Origin: Solirubrobacterales bacterium
Lineage (GTDB): Bacteria; Actinomycetota; Thermoleophilia; Solirubrobacterales; JACPNS01
Direction: 5' to 3'
DNA: 63,848 nt
NCBI GenBank assembly: GCA_049274915.1
Contig: JBASTN010000041.1
Span: 1-63,848, forward strand
Shown: positions 27,021-34,715 of the stretch, one piece after another
Numbering within the stretch: the stretch's first letter is position 1
How the letters are laid out: every line of letters starts with the position of its first letter
Program-made: the position numbers and the translations under genes
Notes under the pieces: model-generated
Databases searched by the model: none
What the model was told of the DNA's origin: nothing
What the model saw: the letters and a program-made list of their open reading frames with translations, nothing else

Positions 27021-27620
27021 GTGGGAGGCGAGCCCAATCAGCAAGAGAAGGCCGCGCTCGATCGCGCGTTCACCCAGCTATATGAGGAACACGCTCGTGA
27101 CGTGTACTCGTTCCTTTACTACCGGTTAGGCAATCACCACGACGCGGAGGACGTAAGCGAGCAGGTCTTTCTCCAGGCGTATCGCCACCTGCCGAAAGCG
27201 CTCGCCGAGTCCGACGGACGGTCGTTGCGTCCGTGGTTGATTCGTATCGCACAGAATCTCGCGATCAACCTCTACCGCGACCGTTCGCGCAAGCCGCAGG
27301 CTCCGTTGGAGGCTGCTGGAGAATTCGCCGACACGCACAACACCGAAGATCTCGTCGCCGCGCGAGAGGAGCTCGCTCATGTCTTTGAGCGTGTGGCCGA
27401 ACTTCCCGATGATCGGCGGGAGGCACTGATCATGCGCTTCGCGCTGAACATGGACAACCAGGAGATCGCCCGGGCGATGGGCAAGACCGAGGGCGCAACG
27501 AAGGTGCTCCTGCATCGTGCGATCAAGCAACTCGGCACACAGCTCGAGCTCGATGAGGTAGCCGCCGGACCGCAGATTTCTCAGTCGCCCGAGCAACCAA
27601 ATGCGCGAAACGGCGTATAG
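27021..27620 (+). CDS. ECF-type sigma-70 family RNA polymerase sigma factor
   Basis: Region 2 (DAEDVSEQVFLQAY, WLIRIAQNLAINLYR) and region 4 (ALIMRFALNMDNQEIARAMGKTEGATKVLLHRAIKQL). Confidence 0.8.
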   Translation: MGGEPNQQEKAALDRAFTQLYEEHARDVYSFLYYRLGNHHDAEDVSEQVFLQAYRHLPKALAESDGRSLRPWLIRIAQNLAINLYRDRSRKPQAPLEAAGEFADTHNTEDLVAAREELAHVFERVAELPDDRREALIMRFALNMDNQEIARAMGKTEGATKVLLHRAIKQLGTQLELDEVAAGPQISQSPEQPNARNGV

Positions 27621-27630
27621 GTAAGAAGTT

Positions 27631-28026
27631 ATGGACGCGGAAGCGCACGGCATCGACCCAAATGAGGGTGGTCTCGAGCAGATCGAGCGCATGCTCGCAC
27701 GCGCCTTCGCGCCGGTCGAACCTCCTGCGCATCTCTACGTGACGCTTGAAGGTCGGCTCGAACGCGTCTCCTTCGCAGCGGCCGAGGAGCTCTCGGAATG
27801 GGAGCTGACGGCAATGCGCGATCCGCGGAACTGGGTCAAACCTGCTGTCGCACTCGCGGTGGGCGGGGCCGCGGCTGGCACGTTGGTCGTGCTCGGGTTG
27901 CGCTCACGTCGCCGTGACGACAAGGTTCCCGACAGAGGGGTGGAGGCAGTTCGTGCACTCGGCGATGCACTTAGCGACGTTCGCCGCGAACTCGAGCGTT
28001 CGGCTAAGAAGGCGTTGCGCCAGTAG
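27631..28026 (+). CDS. Putative single-pass anti-sigma factor
   Basis: It starts 10 nt after the sigma gene. It has about 80 cytoplasmic residues, one TM (PAVALAVGGAAAGTLVVLGL) and a short C-terminal tail. There is no zinc anti-sigma motif, so the call rests on position and topology only. Confidence 0.45.
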   Translation: MDAEAHGIDPNEGGLEQIERMLARAFAPVEPPAHLYVTLEGRLERVSFAAAEELSEWELTAMRDPRNWVKPAVALAVGGAAAGTLVVLGLRSRRRDDKVPDRGVEAVRALGDALSDVRRELERSAKKALRQ

Positions 28027-28088
28027 CTGGGCCAGTAGCTGGGCCAGTGGCTCGGGCAGCAACTGGGCCAGCAACTGCACCAGCTGGG
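28021..28088 (+). repeat. 12-bp x about 5.5 tandem repeat CAG(T/C)A(G/A)CTGGGC starting on the anti-sigma stop codon
   Basis: cagtagctgggc cagtagctgggc cagtggctcggg cagcaactgggc cagcaactgcac cagctggg. The first two units carry in-frame TAG. Confidence 0.9.
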
Positions 28089-28144
28089 CGAACGGCAGTA
28101 TTGCTCGGCCAACGTCCGTCGCGCCGCGATTACGATTCGCCTCC

Positions 28145-29062
28145 GTGAGCTCAACGACCTCTACGCACGACTTCGGACCACCGGCCGACGGCGGCCAGAC
28201 CTGTTATCGCCATTCCGGCCGCGAGACCAACGTCTCGTGTTCGCGCTGCGGCAAACCGATCTGCCCGGACTGCATGACTCCGTCACCGGTCGGCATGCGT
28301 TGTCCCGACTGTGCGGGCGACCGGCAAAAGGTCGTGACGGCGCGGCAGATCACCAATCCGAGCCTCGTCGATTCCGCACCGGTCACGCTCGCGCTCCTGA
28401 TCGTCAACGTGATCGCGTTCGTCGGCGAGGTCGCGACCGGCGCGGGTTTCGGTGGATTCAGCAACCAGCTCTCCGGAACGTTCCTGACCGAAGGCGCATT
28501 TTCCGGCCCGCTTGTCGCCGCCGGTGAGTGGTGGCGAATCGTCAGCAGCGGATTCCTTCACCTCGGGCTTTTCCACATCGGGATGAACATGCTCTTGCTG
28601 TACATGCTCGGACAACTGCTCGAACCGGCGATCGGCCGCGTGCGGTTCCTCGCGATCTACGGCTGCTCGCTGGTTGCGGGGTCGCTCGGCTCGCTGTTGA
28701 TCGAGCCAGACGTCGCCGCAGTCGGTGCGTCGGGAGCCGTCTTCGGGCTGATGGGCGCCGCGCTGGTCGCGCAGTATGCCCGCGGTCTCAACCCCTGGGA
28801 GTCGGGGATCGGTGGACTGATCGCAATCAACCTCGTCTTGACGTTTGCGTTGCCCGGTATCGCCAAAGGCGGGCACATCGGCGGGTTGATCGGTGGATTG
28901 GTCGTTGGCTTCCTGTTGATCGACCTCGACGAGCGACGCAGGATATTCGGACGTAGCATCGCGCCGGCGGCGGTGATCGGCGTTGGGATTGCGGTCGGCC
29001 TGTTTTACGTGACCGTGCTGATCGCTGAAAACAAGTTCCCGGCCTTCGTCGGCCTGGCGTAG
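28145..29062 (+). CDS. Rhomboid-family intramembrane serine protease with N-terminal zinc ribbon
   Basis: CYRHSGRETNVSCSRCGKPICPDCM...CPDC, WWRIVSSGFLHLGLFHIGMNM, GASGAVFGLMG (catalytic Ser) and GHIGGL (His). Start set to the in-frame GTG 28145. Confidence 0.8.
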   Translation: MSSTTSTHDFGPPADGGQTCYRHSGRETNVSCSRCGKPICPDCMTPSPVGMRCPDCAGDRQKVVTARQITNPSLVDSAPVTLALLIVNVIAFVGEVATGAGFGGFSNQLSGTFLTEGAFSGPLVAAGEWWRIVSSGFLHLGLFHIGMNMLLLYMLGQLLEPAIGRVRFLAIYGCSLVAGSLGSLLIEPDVAAVGASGAVFGLMGAALVAQYARGLNPWESGIGGLIAINLVLTFALPGIAKGGHIGGLIGGLVVGFLLIDLDERRRIFGRSIAPAAVIGVGIAVGLFYVTVLIAENKFPAFVGLA

Positions 29063-29065
29063 CCC

Positions 29066-30028
29066 ATGCGAATCGCCAGTCTCGTTCCGTCGGCGACGGA
29101 GTTTCTCTTCGCCATGGGTCTCGGCGACCGGGTCGTCGCCGTTACGCACGAGTGTGACTACCCGCTCGAAGCGCTCGAACTGCCCCAGCTGACGACCAGC
29201 GTGGTCGAGGCCGGGCTCGCGCCCGGCGAGATTGACGCGACCGTCCGGGACCGAGTCGGACGCGGAGAGTCCCTGTATGAACTCGACGAAGAGTTGCTTG
29301 AAGAGGCCGAGCCCGACCTGATCGTCGCGCAACAACTCTGTGAGGTCTGCGCCGTCTCATACGAAGACGTCGTCAAGGTCGCTGCTCGGCTGCCGTCGAA
29401 TCCGCGCGTGATCTCACTGGATCCAACCACGATGGGCGAGGTGCTTGGCGACGTGCGGACGATCGCGCAGGCGGTCGACGACGTGAGCTTGTTCAAGGCA
29501 AACGGCACGACCGAGGCCGCTGAGAGCGCGAAGGATCTGGGCGTTGATCTCGTTCAGGAGCTTGCCGATCGCATCGACGACGTCAAGATCGCACTGCGCG
29601 ATGTCGGTCGTGAAGGCGGCCCCGACCCAGTGCGGGTAGCGGCGCTCGAGTGGCTCGATCCACCATTCATCGGTGGTCACTGGGTTCCGCAGATGATCGA
29701 GCTCGCCGGCGGAATCGATTTCCTCGGGCTTCCCGGCGAACGCTCCCGCGAGGTCGATTGGGACGAACTGCGTGCCTCCGAGCCGGATGTCGTGATTTTG
29801 ATGCAGTGCGGTTACGACACGTCACGCGCCGCCGCCGAGGCAGAGGACTACTCCGAGAAACTCAGATCGCTCGGTGCGAGGGCGATCTATGCCTGCGACG
29901 CATCGGCCTATTTTTCGCGTCCCGGACCGCGCTTAGTCGACGGCCTGGAGCTGCTTGCCTACACCCTGCACCCCGATGTGATGGAAGAACCGCTGTTCGG
30001 TCGCATGCTCGAAGTCGAGCTGGGCTAG
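29066..30028 (+). CDS. BtuF/FhuD-like (Peripla_BP_2) binding protein without signal peptide
   Basis: MRIASLVPSATEFLFAMGLGDRVVAVTHECDYP resembles the cobalamin/siderophore-binding protein N-terminus. There is no hydrophobic leader or lipobox. Confidence 0.65.
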   Translation: MRIASLVPSATEFLFAMGLGDRVVAVTHECDYPLEALELPQLTTSVVEAGLAPGEIDATVRDRVGRGESLYELDEELLEEAEPDLIVAQQLCEVCAVSYEDVVKVAARLPSNPRVISLDPTTMGEVLGDVRTIAQAVDDVSLFKANGTTEAAESAKDLGVDLVQELADRIDDVKIALRDVGREGGPDPVRVAALEWLDPPFIGGHWVPQMIELAGGIDFLGLPGERSREVDWDELRASEPDVVILMQCGYDTSRAAAEAEDYSEKLRSLGARAIYACDASAYFSRPGPRLVDGLELLAYTLHPDVMEEPLFGRMLEVELG

Positions 30029-30062
30029 CTGCGCTAGCGCGAACTCCCGTACCATCGGCGAG

Positions 30063-30341
30063 ATGCCTCTACTAACCCAGCAACAGATCGAGGGCGAGCT
30101 TGCGAGCCTTCCGGAGTGGTCGCGTAAAGGCGACGCGATTGTCCGCACGTTCGACCGCGCTGATTTCAAGGGTGCGGTTGCCTTTCTCAATACCGTGACT
30201 CCGCTCGCGGAATCGCTCAACCACCACCCGGACATTGCGATCTCCTGGAAGGACATCACGCTGACGATCACCTCGCATTCGGCCGGCGGCCTGACCGAAG
30301 ACGACTTCGTACTCGCGCGCCAGATCGACCAACTTGACTGA
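30063..30341 (+). CDS. 4a-hydroxytetrahydrobiopterin (pterin-4a-carbinolamine) dehydratase
   Basis: 92 aa. LNHHPDIAISWKDITLTITSHSAGGLTEDDF is the PCD signature. Confidence 0.85.
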   Translation: MPLLTQQQIEGELASLPEWSRKGDAIVRTFDRADFKGAVAFLNTVTPLAESLNHHPDIAISWKDITLTITSHSAGGLTEDDFVLARQIDQLD

Positions 30342-30342
30342 G

Positions 30343-30363
30343 GACGGAGCCTCACTCTCCGTC
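30343..30363 (+). terminator. Hairpin after the dehydratase gene
   Basis: GACGGAG-cctcact-CTCCGTC lies 2 nt after the TGA. There is no U-tract. Confidence 0.3.
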
Positions 30364-30503
30364 GAGCCCGCCTCCGGACGCCGTGCTAGCTTGGAGCGAC
30401 TGATGGGTGTGCCCGAAGAAGAGCCTCCGCGAAGTAGCAATCCGCGGGTCCTGATGCCCGCGGTTCGCATGCGATTGCCGTTGCGATCGAGCCGGGCGAC
30501 GGC

Positions 30504-31844
30504 ATGACCGCGCTGTTGCTACTAATCGCGCTGCTGCTGGTTCTGCTCAACGGCTTTTTCGTTGCCGCCGAGTTCGCGCTCGTGCGTGCCCGTGCCTCCG
30601 TGCTCGAGCAAGACATCGAGGAGAACGGCTCAAAGCGCTCGATCAAGGCTCTCTACGCGGTCCGCCACATCGACGCGTACCTCTCGGCCTGTCAGCTCGG
30701 CATCACGATGGCCTCGATCGGCCTCGGATTCGCCGGCGAACCGGCGATCGGCCACCTTTTCGAACCCGCGTTCGAGGACATCTTCGGCGAGGATGCGGGT
30801 CTCGCGATTGCCGTTGCATTCGCTTTCCTGATCATCACGGTCTTGCACATCGTGATCGGCGAGCTGGCGCCGAAGTCGGTCGCGATCGCGATTCCCGAGG
30901 CGACCGCGCGTTGGACGGCGATGCCGCTCGGTTTCTTCCGTCGCCTTTTCAGCCCTTTCATCCACGTACTCAACGGGACGGCGAACCGACTGGTCGGGTT
31001 GTTCGGGATTAAGCCCGCCAGCGAGGCTGTGCTCGGCGCCACCGGCGAAGACCTCCGTCTGTTGGTCGAACACGGCCGCTCTCACCGCACGCTCGACGCC
31101 GGCGAGGCACACATGCTTTCGGGTGTCTTCGAGCTGCACGAGAACGAGGCTCGCAACGTGATGACGCCGATCCCGGCCGTCGTGACGATCGACATCGACG
31201 ACACTGTCGAGGTCGCCCTGCGGCGCTGTACGTCGAGTGGCCACACCCGCCTGCCGGTCACCGAAGAACGCTCGACCGACAAGATCAAGGGCGTCCTGCA
31301 CCTTTCGTCGCTCGTCAGGTTGATGCTCAGCAAAGGGGAGGACGCGACGATCGCCAAGGCCGTCCGCGACGCCTTCATCGTGCCCGAGACGAAACCGCTC
31401 GATGATCTACTCGCAGACCTCCAGCGTGAGCGCATGTCGATGGCGATCGTCGTCGACGAGTACGGGCGCACGGTCGGCATCGTCACCGTCGAGGACATCG
31501 TCGAGGAGGTCGTCGGTGAGATCGACGACGAGACCGACAGTGCACTCGCCGCAGTCCGCCGACTCGCCAACGGAGACCTCTTCGTGCGCGGCCACGTGCC
31601 GCTGGTCGACCTCGAAGATCACGGCATCGAGCTGCCGGTCGACAGCGACGCTTACAACTCGATCGGCGGATACGTCTTCTCAGAGCTTGGGCGCCTGCCC
31701 AAACGTGGCGACCAGCTTCGCGCCAACGGCTACGTGATCCGCGTCGAGTCTGTGCGTGAGAATCGCGTCGAAGCGGTGCGCATCAGCGAGGCCGAGCATG
31801 GCGAGACCGGCGAGATCAACGCCGTCTCACCAGCCGACGACTGA
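30504..31844 (+). CDS. CNNM/HlyC-CorC family transporter (DUF21-CBS pair-CorC_HlyC)
   Basis: The N-terminal 4-TM DUF21 has LNGFFVAAEFALV. A CBS pair follows (VMTPIPAVVTIDID..., VVDEYGRTVGIVTVEDIVEEVVGEI). The C-terminus is a transporter-associated domain. Confidence 0.85.
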   Translation: MTALLLLIALLLVLLNGFFVAAEFALVRARASVLEQDIEENGSKRSIKALYAVRHIDAYLSACQLGITMASIGLGFAGEPAIGHLFEPAFEDIFGEDAGLAIAVAFAFLIITVLHIVIGELAPKSVAIAIPEATARWTAMPLGFFRRLFSPFIHVLNGTANRLVGLFGIKPASEAVLGATGEDLRLLVEHGRSHRTLDAGEAHMLSGVFELHENEARNVMTPIPAVVTIDIDDTVEVALRRCTSSGHTRLPVTEERSTDKIKGVLHLSSLVRLMLSKGEDATIAKAVRDAFIVPETKPLDDLLADLQRERMSMAIVVDEYGRTVGIVTVEDIVEEVVGEIDDETDSALAAVRRLANGDLFVRGHVPLVDLEDHGIELPVDSDAYNSIGGYVFSELGRLPKRGDQLRANGYVIRVESVRENRVEAVRISEAEHGETGEINAVSPADD

Positions 31845-31871
31845 TGCCGATGACTGATGCCGACGACTGAC
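31833..31871 (+). repeat. 13-bp x3 tandem repeat GCCGA(C/T)GACTGA(T/C) straddling the CNNM stop codon
   Basis: gccgacgactgat gccgatgactgat gccgacgactgac. TGA triplets fall in all three frames (31842, 31851, 31855, 31868). Confidence 0.9.
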
Positions 31872-31907
31872 GCCTCGTGGTGCGCCGGCGTTGAGTACCG
31901 CGCCGCG

Positions 31908-32720
31908 CTAGTTGCGGGGCGGGTACTCGTAAAAGCCTGCGCCGCTCTTGCGGCCGAGCTTGCCGGCGGCGAGTAGGTCGCGGCAGTTCTGCGGGATCGT
32001 CGCGCCGATCTGCTCGCCGATCGCGATCGACACGTCGAGGCCGACGTAGTCGAGTAGCGCCAGCGGACCCATCACCATGTTCGCGCCCAGCTTCATCGCG
32101 GTGTCGACGTCTTCCGGCGAGAGGCCGCTTTCCTGCTGGAAGCCGGCTGCGTCGAAGAGATACGGGAAGAGCAAGCGGTTGACGATGAATCCAGGAGTGT
32201 CGGGCACCTCGATGCCGACCTTGCCGATCTCAGAGCAGAGTTCGCGCGAGCGGCGCTTGGTCTCGTCTGTTGCCTGATCGGAGTAGACGATCTCGATCAG
32301 CTTCATCACCGGTACCGGTGTGAAGACGTGAAAACCGACGAAGCGCTCGGGGATGCCCGCCGCTTCGGCCAGCACGTTGACCGACAGCGACGACGTTGTG
32401 GAGGCGAGCACCGTATCGTCGCTGATCACTGCCGCGATCTCGGCAGCGAGCGGGTTCTTGATCTCATAGTCCTCGCCGACGGCTTCGACGACGTAGGTGC
32501 GATCCGACAGATCGGCGAGGTCGGTCGTCAGTTCGATGCGGGCGATCGCTGCGGACGGGTCCTCGAGCTTGCCACACTGCTTCTCGATCGAAGCGCGCGC
32601 TTTCTCGATCGACTTCTCCGATCGGGCGCGCAGCTTCACGTCGTGATCTGTCGCGGCGGCCGAGACCGCGAGTCCACATGCGACCAGGCCGCTTCCGACA
32701 ATTCCCAGGCTCTCGCTCAA
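31908..32720 (-). CDS. 3-hydroxyacyl/3-hydroxybutyryl-CoA dehydrogenase
   Basis: Rossmann N-terminus LGIVGSGLVACG and a C-terminal 3HCDH domain (GFIVNRLLFPY, MGPLALLDYVGLD). TTG 32720 is preceded by GGGGAG. ORF-track start 32765 is the alternative. Confidence 0.8.
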   Translation of the reverse strand: MSESLGIVGSGLVACGLAVSAAATDHDVKLRARSEKSIEKARASIEKQCGKLEDPSAAIARIELTTDLADLSDRTYVVEAVGEDYEIKNPLAAEIAAVISDDTVLASTTSSLSVNVLAEAAGIPERFVGFHVFTPVPVMKLIEIVYSDQATDETKRRSRELCSEIGKVGIEVPDTPGFIVNRLLFPYLFDAAGFQQESGLSPEDVDTAMKLGANMVMGPLALLDYVGLDVSIAIGEQIGATIPQNCRDLLAAGKLGRKSGAGFYEYPPRN

Positions 32721-32841
32721 AACTCTCCCCTTCGAGGTGTCGACGGCCGGTCTATACCCGGCCACGACCCAGTTGACTCCATGTATAAATACCTCCTGCC
32801 TGCAGCTCGCAGGAACTCAAGAAGACGGAAGGATAGGCCCA

Positions 32842-34041
32842 GTGTCCAAGCAGTCACCAATGCAGTCCTCAGGAGCTCGCGAGGTAACGATCGTCGATGC
32901 CGTGCGTACGCCGATCGGTCGTGGTCACAAAGCGAAGGGTTATTACAAGGACACGCACCCCAACAAGCTGCTCGGGACGGTCCAAACTGAGGTCATCTCG
33001 CGGGCCGGCGTTCAGCCGTCCGACGTCGACAATGTGCTTGCCGGTTGCGTTCAGCAGGTCGGCGAGCAGACTCTCAACATCGGTCGCACGGCGTGGCTCG
33101 AAGCAGGCCTGCCGATCGAGACGCCGGCGACCACGATCGATCTGCAGTGCGGCTCCAGCCAGCACGCGGTCAACCTCGGTGCCGGTCTGATCGCCAGCGG
33201 TGCCAACGACGTCGTGCTCAGCTGCGGCGTCGAGCACATGGGCCACCTGCCCTTCGGCGTCACGCTCGCACACCCGGAAGAGCACGGAGTGCCGTTCACG
33301 CCCGAGCTGCTTGACCGCTACAACATGATCCCGCAGGGCCTCTCGGCAGAGATGATTGCCGAGAAGTGGGAGATCCCGCGCAGCGAGCTCGATGAGATCG
33401 GACTTCTGTCACAGCAGCGTGCCGCACGCGCGACGGAGGAAGGTCGCTTCGACCGTGAGATCGTTCCGATGACGGTCGGCAGTAACGGCGATGCACAGAC
33501 GGTGACCACTGACCAGGGTCTGCGCGAGACCACGATCGAGGCACTTGCCAGCTTGAAACCCGCCTTCAAGGAGAACGGCACGACCACCGCCGGTAACTCG
33601 TCCCAGATCTCAGACGGCGCAGCCGCGGTTCTACTGATGTCGCGCGACCGCGCCGACGAGCTCGGCGCTAAGCAGCGGGCCCGTATCGTCGACCAGGTCA
33701 CGACGGGCGTCGATCCCGTGATCATGCTGACCGGCCCGATTCCGGCAACGAAGATGATCCTTGAGCGCAACGGGATGACGATCGACGACATCGACCTGAT
33801 CGAGATCAACGAGGCGTTCGCCAGCGTGGTCGCGGCCTGGAAGCGCGAACATTCGCCCGACTGGGACCGCGTCAACGTCAACGGCGGAGCAATCGCGATC
33901 GGACACCCGCTCGGCGGATCCGGTGCCAGGCTAATGACGACGCTGTTGCATGAACTCGAGCGCACCGACAAGGAGTGGGGCCTCGCCACGATGTGCTGCG
34001 GCGGAGGAATCGGAACCGCCACCTTGATCCAGCGCGTATAG
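32842..34041 (+). CDS. Acetyl-CoA C-acetyltransferase (thiolase)
   Basis: VTIVDAVRTPIGRG, QCGSSQHA (active Cys), NEAFA, GHPLGGSGARL and CCGGGIGTA. GTG 32842 has GGAAGGA 8 nt upstream. Confidence 0.85.
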   Translation: MSKQSPMQSSGAREVTIVDAVRTPIGRGHKAKGYYKDTHPNKLLGTVQTEVISRAGVQPSDVDNVLAGCVQQVGEQTLNIGRTAWLEAGLPIETPATTIDLQCGSSQHAVNLGAGLIASGANDVVLSCGVEHMGHLPFGVTLAHPEEHGVPFTPELLDRYNMIPQGLSAEMIAEKWEIPRSELDEIGLLSQQRAARATEEGRFDREIVPMTVGSNGDAQTVTTDQGLRETTIEALASLKPAFKENGTTTAGNSSQISDGAAAVLLMSRDRADELGAKQRARIVDQVTTGVDPVIMLTGPIPATKMILERNGMTIDDIDLIEINEAFASVVAAWKREHSPDWDRVNVNGGAIAIGHPLGGSGARLMTTLLHELERTDKEWGLATMCCGGGIGTATLIQRV

Positions 34042-34093
34042 CGCGCACGGGTGCCGCGCGGCGGCTACTGCGGTCGTTGGAGTTCGCCGATAC

Positions 34094-34690
34094 TTGAAGT
34101 ACCGGAGGACCACCTTGAGCCGCGACAGACATCGACAAACACTGCAAGCGCTGAACATGGCGCGCGAATCGCGCGACGGGTTCGCGTCCGCGTTCGCACC
34201 CGAGCTGCATACGTTGGTCGAGGAGCTCGCCTTGGCGCTGGATGCCCCTGCGGAGGTCCGGGAAGAGGCGATCCGCGTCGCACGATTGCAGGACCTCGGC
34301 CGGCTCGGCGTGAGTCAGTTGACACTTGCAGCCGACCGCCGACTCAATGACAGCGAGATCGATGAGATCCGCCGCGCGCCGATGGTCGCGCAGAGTCTGG
34401 TCGCCGCGATGCCGGGTTACGAGTCGGCTGCGCGAGCTGTGCGGCACGTAAATGAACGATGGGACGGCGAGGGCTACCCGGACGGACTCGCCGGCGAAGA
34501 AATCCCCCTTGCCAGTCGGATCATGGCCGTCGCCGGAGCGTTCCACGCGATGAGTACTCCCAGGCCGTTTCGAGCCGCTATGAAACCCAAAACGATCGCT
34601 AAAGAACTTACCTCAGGATCGGGAAGTCAGTTCGACCCGCGCGTTGTCGCGGCATTCCAGGGCCTCGTACAACCCCTGATCGGCGACTGA
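34094..34690 (+). CDS. Soluble HD-GYP-fold protein with degenerate metal-binding motifs
   Basis: It aligns by eye with the two downstream paralogues. The motifs differ, however: RLQDLGRLGV (HD to QD), RHVNERWDGEGYPDGL (HHE to VNE) and VAGAFHAMSTPRPFR (D to G). The GYP motif is retained. Confidence 0.7.
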   Translation: MKYRRTTLSRDRHRQTLQALNMARESRDGFASAFAPELHTLVEELALALDAPAEVREEAIRVARLQDLGRLGVSQLTLAADRRLNDSEIDEIRRAPMVAQSLVAAMPGYESAARAVRHVNERWDGEGYPDGLAGEEIPLASRIMAVAGAFHAMSTPRPFRAAMKPKTIAKELTSGSGSQFDPRVVAAFQGLVQPLIGD

Positions 34691-34715
34691 AAGCCCATTC
34701 CAATGCGGTTATTTG

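Noticed and set aside
27914-28144. N-terminal 77 codons of ORF 27914..29062 (would overlap the anti-sigma gene and read through the 12-bp repeat as SSWASSWASGSGSNWAS)
   Set aside because: Rhomboid homology starts at the zinc ribbon after GTG 28145. The upstream part overlaps another gene and is repeat-derived.
28283-29335. 350-aa minus-strand ORF antisense to the rhomboid and BtuF-like genes
   Set aside because: It is an Arg/Asp/Glu-rich low-complexity translation. Both sense-strand genes have clear catalytic and family motifs, so this is a high-GC antisense artefact.
34051-34350. Overlapping 99-aa and 86-aa ORFs around the start of the short HD-GYP gene
   Set aside because: They give Arg/Pro/Gly-rich translations in alternative frames of a gene with family-specific motifs.
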